From: Eledone cirrhosa
Lineage: Eukaryota
DNA: 64,000 nt
Assembly: GCA_964016885.1 (NCBI GenBank)
Contig: OZ024758.1
Span: 37,882,001-37,946,000, forward strand
Direction of reading: 5' to 3'
Every line of letters starts with the position of its first letter. The stretch's first letter is position 1. A program made the position numbers and the translations under genes. Shown in pieces: positions 27,401-40,900 of this stretch. A model generated the notes under the pieces. It was not told where the DNA came from and searched no databases. It saw nothing but the letters and a program-made list of their open reading frames with translations.

Positions 27401-29415
27401 TGGTACTAGCTGTCAGAAGTAACCCCAATGTTGGTGAGAATTCATTTAAGTTCATGGTATTAGCTGTCAGAAGTCACTCCAATGTTGGTGAGAATTCATT
27501 TAAGTTCATGGTATTAGCTGTCAGAAGTAACTCCACTGTTGGTGAGAATTCATTTAAGTTCATGGTATTAGCTGTCAGAAGTAACTCCACTGTTGGTGAG
27601 TATTCATTTAAGTTCATGGTATTAGCTGTCAGAAGTAACTCCACTGTTGGTGAGAATTCATTTAAGTCATGGTATTAGCTGTCAGAAGTAACTCCAATGT
27701 TGGTGAGAATTCATTTAAGTTCATGGTATTAGCTGTCAGAAGTCACTCCTCTGTTGGTGAGAATTCATTTAAGTTCATGGTACTAGCTGTCAGAAGTAAC
27801 CCCAATGTTGGTGAGAATTCATTTAAGTTCATGGTATTAGCTGTCAGAAGTCACTCCAATGTTGGTGAGAATTCATTTAAGTTCATGGTATTAGCTGTCA
27901 GAAGTAACTCCACTGTTGGTGAGAATTCATTTAAGTTCATGGTATTAGCTGTCAGAAGTAACTCCACTGTTGGTGAGAATTCATTTAAGTTCATGGTATT
28001 AGCTGTCAGAAGGAACTCCAATGTTGGGGAGAATTCATTTAAGTCATGGTACTAGCTGTCAGAAGTAACTCCACTGTTGGTGAGAATTCATTTAAGTTCA
28101 TGGTATTAGCTGTCAGAAGGAACGCCACTGTTGGTGAGAATTCATTTAAATTCATGGTATTAGCTGTCAGAAGTAACTCCACTGTTGGTGAGAATTCATT
28201 TAAGTCCATGGTACTAGCTGTCAGAAGTAACTCCAATGTTGGTGAGAATTCATTTAAGTTCATGGTATTAGCTGTCAGAAGTAACTCCACTGTTGGTGAG
28301 AATTCATTTAAGTTCATGGTATTAGCTGTCAGAAGTCACTCCAATGTTGGTGAGAATTCATTTAAGTCATGGTACTAGCTGTCAGAAGTAACTCCACTGT
28401 TGGTGAGAATTCATTTAAGTTCATTGTATTAGCTGTCAGAAGGAACGCCACTGTTGGTGAGAATTCATTTAAGTTCATGGTATTAGCTGTCAGAAGTAAC
28501 TCCACTGTTGGTGAGAATTCATTTAAGTTCATGGTACTAGCTGTCAGAAGTAACTCCAATGTTGGTGAGAATTCATTTAAGTTCATGGTATTAGCTGTCA
28601 GGAGGAACTCCACTGTTGCTGAGAATTCATTTAAGTTCATGGTATTAGCTGTCAGAAGTAACTCCACTGTTGGTGAGAATTCATTTAAGTTCATGGTACT
28701 AGCTGTCAGAAGTCACTCCACTGTTGGTGAGAATACATTTAAGTTCATGGTACTAGCTGTCAGAAGTAACCCCAATGTTGGTGAGAATTCATTTAAGTTC
28801 ATGGTATTAGCTGTCAGAAGTCACTCCAATGTTGGTGAGAATTCATTTAAGTTCATGGTATTAGCTGTCAGAAGTAACTCCACTGTTGGTAAGAATTCAT
28901 TTAAGTTCATGGTATTAGCTGTCAGAAGTAACTCCACTGTTGGTGAGAATTCATTTAAGTTCATGGTATTAGCTGTCAGAAGGAACGCCACTGTTGGTGA
29001 GAATTCATTTAAGTTCATGGTATTAGCTGTCAGAAGTAACTCCACTGTTGGTGAGAATTCATTTAAGTTCATGGTACTAGCTGTCAGAAGTAACTCCACT
29101 GTTGGTGAGAATTCATTTAAGTTCATGGTATTAGCTGTCAGAAGTCACTCCAATGTTGGTGAGAATTCATTTAAGTTCATGGTATTAGCTGTCAGAAGTC
29201 ACTCCACTGTTGGTGAGAATTCATTTAAGTTCATGGTACTAGCTGTCAGAAGTAACCCCAATGTTGGTGAGAATTCATTTAAGTTCATGGTATTAGCTGT
29301 CAGAAGTCACTCCAATGTTGGTGAGAATTCATTTAAGTTCATGGTATTAGCTGTCAGAAGGAACGCCACTGTTGGTGAGAATTCATTTAAGTTCATGGTA
29401 TTAGCTGTCAGAAGT
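21500..29415. repeat. Tandem duplication of a 73-monomer unit (3935 bp)
   Basis: Offsets 21686->25621, 22927->26862, 23734->27669 and 24434->28369 are all 3935. Private variants match: GAGTAT at 23666/27601, GGGGAG at 24093/28028, and CAGGAGG in both copies. Confidence 0.93.
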
Positions 29416-31809
29416 AACTCCACTGTTGGTGAGAATTCATTTAAGTTCATGGTACTAGCTGTCAGACGTAACTCCACTGTTGGTGAGAATTCATTTAAGT
29501 TCATGGTATTAGCTGTCAGAAGTAACTCCACTGTTGGTGAGAATTCATTTAAGTTCATGGTATTAGCTGTCAGAAGTAACTCCACTGTTGGTGAGAATTC
29601 ATTTAAGTTCATGGTATTAGCTGTCAGAAGGAACTCCAATGTTGGTGAGAATTCATTTAAGTCATGGTACTAGCTGTCAGAAGTAACTCCACTGTTGGTG
29701 AGAATTCATTTAAGTTCATGGTATTAGCTGTCAGAAGGAACGCCACTGTTGGTGAGAATTCATTTAAGTTCATGGTATTAGCTGTCAGAAGGAACTCCAC
29801 TGTTGCTGAGAATTCATTTAAGTTCATGGTATTAGCTGTCAGAAGTAACTCCACTGTTGGTGAGAATTCATTTAAGTTCATGGTACTAGCTGTCAGAAGT
29901 CACTCCACTGTTGGTGAGAATACATTTAAGTTCATGGTACTAGCTGTCAGAAGTAACCCCAATGTTGGTGAGAATTCATTTAAGTTCATGGTATTAGCTG
30001 TCAGAAGTCACTCCAATGTTGGTGAGAATTCATTTAAGTTCATGGTATTAGCTGTCAGAAGTAACTCCACTGTTGGTAAGAATTCATTTAAGTTCATGGT
30101 ATTAGCTGTCAGAAGTAACTCCACTGTTGGTGAGAATTCATTTAAGTTCATGGTATTAGCTGTCAGAAGGAACGCCACTGTTGGTGAGAATTCATTTAAG
30201 TTCATGGTATTAGCTGTCAGAAGTAACTCCACTGTTGGTGAGAATTCATTTAAGTTCATGGTACTAGCTGTCAGAAGTAACTCCACTGTTGGTGAGAATT
30301 CATTTAAGTTCATGGTATTAGCTGTCAGAAGTCACTCCAATGTTGGTGAGAATTCATTTAAGTTCATGGTATTAGCTGTCAGAAGTCACTCCACTGTTGG
30401 TGAGAATTCATTTAAGTTCATGGTACTAGCTGTCAGAAGTAACCCCAATGTTGGTGAGAATTCATTTAAGTTCATGGTATTAGCTGTCAGAAGTCACTCC
30501 AATGTTGGTGAGAATTCATTTAAGTTCATGGTATTAGCTGTCAGAAGTAACTCCACTGTTGGTGAGAATTCATTTAAGTTCATGGTATTAGCTGTCAGAA
30601 GTAACTCCACTGTTGGTGAGAATTCATTTAAGTCATGGTATTAGCTGTCAGAAGTAACTCCAATGTTGGTGAGAATTCATTTAAGTTCATGGTATTAGCT
30701 GTCAGAAGTCACTCCACTGTTGGTGAGAATTCATTTAAGTTCATGGTACTAGCTGTCAGAAGTAACCCCAATGTTGGTGAGAATTCATTTAAGTTCATGG
30801 TATTAGCTGTCAGAAGTCACTCCAATGTTGGTGAGAATTCATTTAAGTTCATGGTATTAGCTGTCAGAAGTAACTCCACTGTTGGTGAGAATTCATTTAA
30901 GTTCATGGTATTAGCTGTCAGAAGTAACTCCACTGTTGGTGAGAATTCATTTAAGTTCATGGTATTAGCTGTCAGAAGTAACTCCACTGTTGGTGAGAAT
31001 TCATTTAAGTTCATGGTATTAGCTGTCAGAAGTAACTCCACTGTTGGTGAGAATTCATTTAAGTTCATGGTATTAGCTGTCAGAAGGAACGCCACTGTTT
31101 GTGAGAATTCATTTAAATTCATGGTATTAGCTGTCAGAGGTAACTCCACTGTTGGTGAGAATTCATTTAAGTTCATGGTACTAGCTGTGAGAAGTAACTC
31201 CAATGTTGGTGAGAATTCATTTAAGTTCATGGTATTAGCTGTCAGAAGGAATTCCACTGTTGCTGAGAATTCATTTAAGTTCATGGTATTAGCTGTCAGA
31301 AGTAACTCCACTGTTGGTGAGAATTCATTTAAGTTCATGGTATTAGCTGTCAGAAGTAACTCCACTGTTGGTGAGAATTCATTTAAGTTCATGGTATTAG
31401 CTGTCAGAAGCCACTCCAATGTTGGTGAGAATTCATTTAAGTTCATGGTATTAGCTGTCAGAAGTCACTCCACTGTTGGTGAGAATTCATTTAAGTTCAT
31501 GGTACTAGCTGTCAGAAGTAACCCCAATGTTGGTGAGAATTCATTTAAGTTCATGGTATTAGCTGTCAGAAGTCACTCCAATGTTGGTGAGAATTCATTT
31601 AAGTTCATGGTATTAGCTGTCAGAAGTAACTCCACTGTTGGTGAGAATTCATTTAAGTTCATGGTATTAGTTTGTCAGAAGTAACTCCACTGTTGGTGAG
31701 AATTCATTTAAGTCATGGTATTAGTTGTCAGAAGTAACTCCAATGTTGGTGAGAATTCATTTAAGTTCATGGTATTAGCTGTCAGAAGGAACTCCACTGT
31801 TGGTGAGAA

Positions 31810-34800
31810 TTCATTTAAGTTCATGGTATTAGCTGTCAGAAGGAACTCCAATGTTGGTGAGAATTCATTTAAGTCATGGTACTAGCTGTCAGATGTAACT
31901 CCACTGTTGGTGAGAATTCATTTAAGTTCATGGTATTAGCTGTCAGAAGGAACGCCACTGTTGGTGAGAATTCATTTAAGTTCATGGTATTAGCTGTCAG
32001 AAGTAACTCCACTGTTGGTGAGAATTCATTTAAGTTCATGGTACTAGCTGTCAGAAGTAACTCCAATGTTGGTGAGAATTCATTTAAGTTCATGGTATTA
32101 GCTGTCAGAAGGAACTCCACTGTTGGTGAGAATTCATTTAAGTTCATGGTATTAGCTGTCAGAAGTAACTCCACTGTTGGTGAGAATTCATTTAAGTCAT
32201 GGTATTAGCTGTCAGAAGTAACTCCATTGTTGGTGAGAATTCATTTAAGTCATGGTACTAGCTGTCAGAAGTAACTCCAATGTTGGTGAGAATTCATTTA
32301 AGTTCATGGTATTAGCTGTCAGAAGTCACTCCAATGTTGGTGAGAATTCATTTAAGTTCATGGTATTAGCTGTCAGAAGTAACTCCACTGTTGGTAAGAA
32401 TTCATTTAAGTTCATGGTATTAGCTGTCAGAAGTAACTCCACTGTTGGTGAGAATTCATTTAAGTTCATGGTATTAGCTGTCAGAAGGAACGCCACTGTT
32501 GGTGAGAATTCATTTAAGTTCATGGTATTAGCTGTCAGAAGTAACTCCACTGTTGGTGAGAATTCATTTAAGTTCATGGTACTAGCTGTCAGAAGTAACT
32601 CCACTGTTGGTGAGAATTCATTTAAGTTCATGGTATTAGCTGTCAGAAGTCACTCCAATGTTGGTGAGAATTCATTTAAGTTCATGGTATTAGCTGTCAG
32701 AAGTCACTCCACTGTTGGTGAGAATTCATTTAAGTTCATGGTACTAGCTGTCAGAAGTAACCCCAATGTTGGTGAGAATTCATTTAAGTTCATGGTATTA
32801 GCTGTCAGAAGTCACTCCAATGTTGGTGAGAATTCATTTAAGTTCATGGTATTAGCTGTCAGAAGTAACTCCACTGTTGGTGAGAATTCATTTAAGTTCA
32901 TGGTATTAGCTGTCAGAAGTAACTCCACTGTTGGTGAGAATTCATTTAAGTTCATGGTATTAGCTGTCAGAAGTAACTCCACTGTTGGTGAGAATTCATT
33001 TAAGTCATGGTATTAGCTGTCAGAAGTAACTCCAATGTTGGTGAGAATTCATTTAAGTTCATGGTATTAGCTGTCAGAAGTCACTCCTCTGTTGGTGAGA
33101 ATTAATTTAAGTTCATGGTACTAGCTGTCAGAAGTAACCCCAATGTTGGTGAGAATTCATTTAAGTTCATGGTATTAGCTGTCAGAAGTCACTCCAATGT
33201 TGGTGAGAATTCATTTAAGTTCATGGTATTAGCTGTCAGAAGTAACTCCACTGTTGGTGAGAATTCATTTAAGTTCATGGTATTAGCTGTCAGAAGTAAC
33301 TCCACTGTTGGTGAGAATTCATTTAAGTTCATGGTATTAGCTGTCAGAAGGAACTCCAATGTTGGTGAGAATTCATTTAAGTCATGGTACTAGCTGTCAG
33401 AAGTAACTCCACTGTTGGTGAGAATTCATTTAAGTTCATGGTATTAGCTGTCAGAAGGAACGCCACTGTTGGTGTGAATTCATTTAAATTCATGGTATTA
33501 GCTGTCAGAAGTAACTCCACTGTTGGTGAGAATTCATTTAAGTCCATGGTACTAGCTGTCAGAAGTAACTCCAATGTTGGTGAGAATTCATTTAAGTTCA
33601 TGGTATTAGCTGTCAGAAGTAACTCCACTGTTGGTGAGAATTCATTTAAGTTCATGGTACTAGCTGTCAGAAGTAACCCCAATGTTGGTGAGAATTCATT
33701 TAAGTTCATGGTATTAGCTGTCAGAAGTCACTCCAATGTTGGTGAGAATTCATTTAAGTTCATGGTATTAGCTGTCAGAAGTAACTCCACTGTTGGTAAG
33801 AATTCATTTAAGTTCATGGTATTAGCTGTCAGAAGTAACTCCACTGTTGGTGAGAATTCATTTAAGTTCATGGTATTAGCTGTCAGAAGTAACTCCACTG
33901 TTGGTGAGAATTCATTTAAGTTCATGGAACTAGCTGTCAGAAGTAACTCCACTGTTGGTGAGAATTCATTTAAGTTCATGGTATTAGCTGTCAGAAGTCA
34001 CTCCAACGTTGGTGAGAATTCATTTAAGTTCATGGTATTAGCTGTCAGAAGGAACTCCAATGTTGGTGAGAATTCATTTAAGTCATGGTACTAGCTGTCA
34101 GATGTAACTCCACTGTTGGTGAGAATTCATTTAAGTTCATGGTATTAGCTGTCAGAAGGAACGCCACTGTTGGTGAGAATTCATTTAAGTTCATGGTATT
34201 AGCTGTCAGAAGTAACTCCACTGTTGGTGAGAATTCATTTAAGTTCATGGTACTAGCTGTCAGAAGTAACTCCAATGTTGGTGAGAATTCATTTAAGTTC
34301 ATGGTATTAGCTGTCAGAAGGAACTCCACTGTTGGTGAGAATTCATTTAAGTTCATGGTATTAGCTGTCAGAAGTAACTCCACTGTTGGTGAGAATTCAT
34401 TTAAGTCATGGTATTAGCTGTCAGAAGTAACTCCATTGTTGGTGAGAATTCATTTAAGTCATGGTACTAGCTGTCAGAAGTAACTCCAATGTTGGTGAGA
34501 ATTCATTTAAGTTCATGGTATTAGCTGTCAGAAGTCACTCCAATGTTGGTGAGAATTCATTTAAGTTCATGGTATTAGCTGTCAGAAGTAACTCCACTGT
34601 TGGTAAGAATTCATTTAAGTTCATGGTATTAGCTGTCAGAAGTAACTCCACTGTTGGTGAGAATTCATTTAAGTTCATGGTATTAGCTGTCAGAAGGAAC
34701 GCCACTGTTGGTGAGAATTCATTTAAGTTCATGGTATTAGCTGTCAGAAGTAACTCCACTGTTGGTGAGAATTCATTTAAGTTCATGGTACTAGCTGTCA

Positions 34801-36290
34801 GAAGTAACTCCACTGTTGGTGAGAATTCATTTAAGTTCATGGTATTAGCTGTCAGAAGTCACTCCAATGTTGGTGAGAATTCATTTAAGTTCATGGTATT
34901 AGCTGTCAGAAGTCACTCCACTGTTGGTGAGAATTCATTTAAGTTCATGGTACTAGCTGTCAGAAGTAACCCCAATGTTGGTGAGAATTCATTTAAGTTC
35001 ATGGTATTAGCTGTCAGAAGTCACTCCAATGTTGGTGAGAATTCATTTAAGTTCATGGTATTAGCTGTCAGAAGTAACTCCACTGTTGGTGAGAATTCAT
35101 TTAAGTTCATGGTATTAGCTGTCAGAAGTAACTCCACTGTTGGTGAGAATTCATTTAAGTTCATGGTATTAGCTGTCAGAAGTAACTCCACTGTTGGTGA
35201 GAATTCATTTAAGTCATGGTATTAGCTGTCAGAAGTAACTCCAATGTTGGTGAGAATTCATTTAAGTTCATGGTATTAGCTGTCAGAAGTCACTCCTCTG
35301 TTGGTGAGAATTCATTTAAGTTCATGGTACTAGCTGTCAGAAGTAACCCCAATGTTGGTGAGAATTCATTTAAGTTCATGGTATTAGCTGTCAGAAGTCA
35401 CTCCAATGTTGGTGAGAATTCATTTAAGTTCATGGTATTAGCTGTCAGAAGTAACTCCACTGTTGGTGAGAATTCATTTAAGTTCATGGTATTAGCTGTC
35501 AGAAGTAACTCCACTGTTGGTGAGAATTCATTTAAGTTCATGGTATTAGCTGTCAGAAGGAACTCCAATGTTGGTGAGAATTCATTTAAGTCATGGTACT
35601 AGCTGTCAGAAGTAACTCCACTGTTGGTGAGAATTCATTTAAGTTCATGGTATTAGCTGTCAGAAGGAACGCCACTGTTGGTGTGAATTCATTTAAATTC
35701 ATGGTATTAGCTGTCAGAAGTAACTCCACTGTTGGTGAGAATTCATTTAAGTCCATGGTACTAGCTGTCAGAAGTAACTCCAATGTTGGTGAGAATTCAT
35801 TTAAGTTCATGGTATTAGCTGTCAGAAGTAACTCCACTGTTGGTGAGAATTCATTTAAGTTCATGGTACTAGCTGTCAGAAGTAACCCCAATGTTGGTGA
35901 GAATTCATTTAAGTTCATGGTATTAGCTGTCAGAAGTCACTCCAATGTTGGTGAGAATTCATTTAAGTTCATGGTATTAGCTGTCAGAAGTAACTCCACT
36001 GTTGGTAAGAATTCATTTAAGTTCATGGTATTAGCTGTCAGAAGTAACTCCACTGTTGGTGAGAATTCATTTAAGTTCATGGTATTAGCTGTCAGAAGGA
36101 ACGCCACTGTTGGTGAGAATTCATTTAAGTTCATGGTATTAGCTGTCAGAAGTAACTCCACTGTTGGTGAGAATTCATTTAAGTTCATGGAACTAGCTGT
36201 CAGAAGTAACTCCACTGTTGGTGAGAATTCATTTAAGTTCATGGTATTAGCTGTCAGAAGTCACTCCAACGTTGGTGAGAATTCATTTAA
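31810..36290. repeat. Tandem duplication of a 41/42-monomer unit (2209 bp offset)
   Basis: Offsets 31876->34085, 32252->34461 and 33384->35593 are all 2209. GGTGTG lies at 33475/35684. ATGGAA lies at 33928/36191, an offset of 2263, showing one extra monomer in copy 2. Confidence 0.9.
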
Positions 36291-37949
36291 GTTCATGGTA
36301 TTAGCTGTCAGAAGTCACTCCACTGTTGGTGAGAATTCATTTAAGTTCATGGTACTAGCTGTCAGAAGTAACCCCAATGTTGGTGAGAATTCATTTAAGT
36401 TCATGGTATTAGCTGTCAGAAGTCACTCCAATGTTGGTGAGAATTCATTTAAGTTCATGGTATTAGCTGTCAGAAGTAACTCCACTGTTGGTGTGAATTC
36501 ATTTAAGTTCATGGTATTAGCTGTCAGAAGTAACTCCACTGTTGGTGAGAATTCATTTAAGTTCATGGTATTAGCTGTCAGAAGTAACTCCACTGTTGGT
36601 GAGAATTCATTTAAGTCATGGTATTAGCTGTCAGAAGTAACTCCAATGTTGGTGAGAATTCATTTAAGTTCATGGTATTAGCTGTCAGAAGTCACTCCAC
36701 TGTTGGTGAGAATTCATTTAAGTTCATGGTACTAGCTGTCAGAAGTAACCCCAATGTTGGTGAGAATTCATTTAAGTTCATGGTATTAGCTGTCAGAAGT
36801 AACTCCAATGTTGGTGAGAATTCATTTAAGTTCATGGTATTAGCTGTCAGAAGTAACTCCACTGTTGGTGAGAATTCATTTAAGTTCATGGTATTAGCTG
36901 TCAGAAGTAACTCCACTGTTGGTGAGAATTCATTTAAGTTCATGGTATTAGCTGTCAGAAGTAACTCCACTGTTGGTGAGAATTCATTTAAGTTCATGGT
37001 ATTAGCTGTCAGAAGTAACTCCACTGTTGGTGAGAATTCATTTACGTTCATGGTATTAGCTGTCAGAAGGAACACCACTGTTGGTGAGAATTCATTTAAA
37101 TTCATGGTATTAGCTGTCAGAAGTAACTCCACTGTTGGTGAGAATTCATTTAAGTTCATGGTACTAGCTGTCAGAAGTAACTCCAATGTTGGTGAGAATT
37201 CATTTAAGTTCATGGTATTAGCTGTCAGAAGGAATTCCACTGTTGCTGAGAATTCATTTAAGTTCATGGTATTAGCTGTCAGAAGTAACTCCACTGTTGG
37301 TGAGAATTCATTTAAGTTCATGGTACTAGCTGTCAGAAGTAACTCCACTGTTGGTGAGAATTCATTTAAGTTCATGGTATTAGCTGTCAGAAGTCACTCC
37401 AATGTTGGTGAGAATTCATTTAAGTTCATGGTATTAGCTGTCAGAAGTCACTCCACTGTTGGTGAGAATTCATTTAAGTTCATGGTACTAGCTGTCAGAA
37501 GTAACCCCAATGTTGGTGAGAATTCATTTAAGTTCATGGTATTAGCTGTCAGAAGTCACTCCAATGTTGGTGAGAATTCATTTAAGTTCATGGTATTAGC
37601 TGTCAGAAGTAACTCCACTGTTGGTGAGAATTCATTTAAGTTCATGGTATTAGTTTGTCAGAAGTAACTCCACTGTTGGTGAGAATTCATTTAAGTCATG
37701 GTATTAGTTGTCAGAAGTAACTCCAATGTTGGTGAGAATTCATTTAAGTTCATGGTATTAGCTGTCAGAAGGAACTCCACTGTTGGTGAGAATTCATTTA
37801 AGTTCATGGTATTAGCTGTCAGAAGGAACTCCAATGTTGGTGGGAATTCATTTAAGTCATGGTACTAGCTGTCAGATGTAACTCCACTGTTGGTGAGAAT
37901 TCATTTAAGTTCATGGTATTAGCTGTCAGAAGGAACGCCACTGTTGGTG

Positions 37950-40900
37950 AGAATTCATTTAAGTTCATGGTATTAGCTGTCAGAAGTAACTCCACTGTTG
38001 GTGAGAATTCATTTAAGTTCATGGTACTAGCTGTCAGAAGTAACTCCAATGTTGGTGAGAATTCATTTAAGTTCATGGTATTAGCTGTCAGAAGGAACTC
38101 CACTGTTGGTGAGAATTCATTTAAGTTCATGGTATTAGCTGTCAGAAGTAACTCCACTGTTGGTGAGAATTCATTTAAGTCATGGTATTAGCTGTCAGAA
38201 GTAACTCCATTGTTGGTGAGAATTCATTTAAGTCATGGTACTAGCTGTCAGAAGTAACTCCAATGTTGGTGAGAATTCATTTAAGTCATGGTACTAGCTG
38301 TCAGAAGTAACTCCAATGTTGGTGAGAATTCATTTAAGTTCATGTTATTAGCTGTCAGAAGGAACTCCACTGTTGGTGAGAATACATTTAAGTTCATGGT
38401 ACTAGCTGTCAGAAGTAACCCCAATGTTGGTGAGAATTCATTTAAGTTCATGGTATTAGCTGTCAGAAGTCACTCCAATGTTGGTGAGAATTCATTTAAG
38501 TTCATGGTATTAGCTGTCAGAAGTAACTCCACTGTTGGTGAGAATTCATTTAAGTTCATGGTATTAGCTGTCAGAAGGAACGCCACTGTTGGTGAGAATT
38601 CATTTAAGTTCATGGTATTAGCTGTCAGAAGTAACTCCACTGTTGGTGAGAATTCATTTACGTTCATGGTACTAGCTGTCAGAAGTAATTCCAATGTTGG
38701 TGAGAATTCATTTAAGTTCATGGTATTAGCTGTCAGAAGGAACTCCACTGTTGGTGAGAATTCATTTAAGTTCATGGTATTAGCTGTCAGAAGGAACTCC
38801 AATGTTGGTGAGAATTCATTTAAGTCATGGTACTAGCTGTCAGAAGTAACTCCACTGTTGGTGAGAATTCATTTAAGTTCATGGTATTAGCTGTCAGAAG
38901 GAACGCCACTGTTGGTGAGAATTCATTTAAGTTCATGGTATTAGCTGTCAGAAGTAACTCCACTGTTGGTAAGAATTCATTTAAGTTCATGGTATTAGCT
39001 GTCAGAAGTAACTCTAATGTTGGTGAGAATTCATTTAAGTTCATGGTATTAGCTGTCAGAAGGAACGCCACTGTTGGTGAGAATTCATTTAAGTTCATGG
39101 TATTAGCTGTCAGAAGTAACTCCACTGTTGGTGAGAATTCATTTAAGTTCATGGTACTAGCTGTCAGAAGTAACTCCACTGTTGGTGAGAATTCATTTAA
39201 GTTCATGGTATTAGCTGTCAGAAGTAACTCCACTGTTGGTGAGAATTCATTTAAGTTCATGGTATTAGCTGTCAGAAGTAACTCCACTGTTGGTGAGAAT
39301 TCATTTAAGTTCATGGTATTAGCTGTCAGAAGGAACTCCAATGTTGGTGAGAATTCATTTAAGTCATGGTACTAGCTGTCAGAAGTAACTCCACTGTTGG
39401 TGAGAATTCATTTAAGTTCATGGTATTAGCTGTCAGAAGGAACGCCACTGTTGGTGAGAATTCATTTAAATTGATGGTATTAGCTGTCAGAAGTAACTCC
39501 ACTGTTGGTGAGAATTCATTTAAGTTCATGGTACTAGCTGTCAGAAGTAACTCCAATGTTGGTGAGAATTCATTTAAGTTCATGGTATTAGCTGTCAGAA
39601 GGAATTCCACTGTTGCTGAGAATTCATTTAAGTTCATGGTATTAGCTGTCAGAAGTAACTCCACTGTTGGTGAGAATTCATTTAAGTTCATGGTACTAGC
39701 TGTCAGAAGTAACTCCACTGTTGGTGAGAATTCATTTAAGTTCATGGTATTAGCTGTCAGAAGTCACTCCAATGTTGGTGAGAATTCATTTAAGTTCATG
39801 GTATTAGCTGTCAGAAGTCACTCCACTGTTGGTGAGAATTCATTTAAGTTCATGGTACTAGCTGTCAGAAGTAACCCCAATGTTGGTGAGAATTCATTTA
39901 AGTTCATGGTATTAGCTGTCAGAAGTAACTCCACTGTTGGTGAGAATTCATTTAAGTTCATGGTATTAGTTTGTCAGAAGTAACTCCACTGTTGGTGAGA
40001 ATTCATTTAAGTTCATGGTATTAGCTTTCAGAAGGAACTCCACTGTTGGTGAGAATTCATTTAAGTTCATGTTATTAGCTGTCAGAAGGAACTCCAATGT
40101 TGGTGAGAATTCATTTAAGTCATGGTACTAGCTGTCAGATGTAACTCCACTGTTGGTGAGAATTCATTTAAGTTCATGGTATTAGCTGTCAGAAGGAACG
40201 CCACTGTTGGTGAGAATTCATTTAAGTTCATGGTATTAGCTGTCAGAAGTAACTCCACTGTTGGTGAGAATTCATTTAAGTTCATGGTACTAGCTGACAG
40301 AAGTAACTCCAATGTTGGTGAGAATTCATTTAAGTTCATGGTATTAGCTGTCAGAAGGAACTCCACTGTTGGTGAGAATTCATTTAAGTTCATGGTATTA
40401 GCTGTCAGAAGTAACTCCACTGTTGGTGAGAATTCATTTAAGTTCATGGTACTAGCTGTCAGAAGTAACTCCAATGTTGGTGAGAATTCATTTAAGTTCA
40501 TGGTATTAGCTGTCAGAAGGAACTCCACTGTTGGTGAGAATTCATTTAAGTTCATGGTATTAGCTGTCAGAAGTAACTCCACTGTTGGTGAGAATTCATT
40601 TAAGTCATGGTATTAGCTGTCAGAAGTAACTCCATTGTTGGTGAGAATTCATTTAAGTCATGGTACTAGCTGTCAGAAGTAACTCCAATGTTGGTGAGAA
40701 TTCATTTAAGTCATGGTACTAGCTGTCAGAAGTAACTCCAATGTTGGTGAGAATTCATTTAAGTTCATGTTATTAGCTGTCAGAAGGAACTCCACTGTTG
40801 GTGAGAATACATTTAAGTTCATGGTACTAGCTGTCAGAAGTAACCCCAATGTTGGTGAGAATTCATTTAAGTTCATGGTATTAGCTGTCAGAAGTCACTC

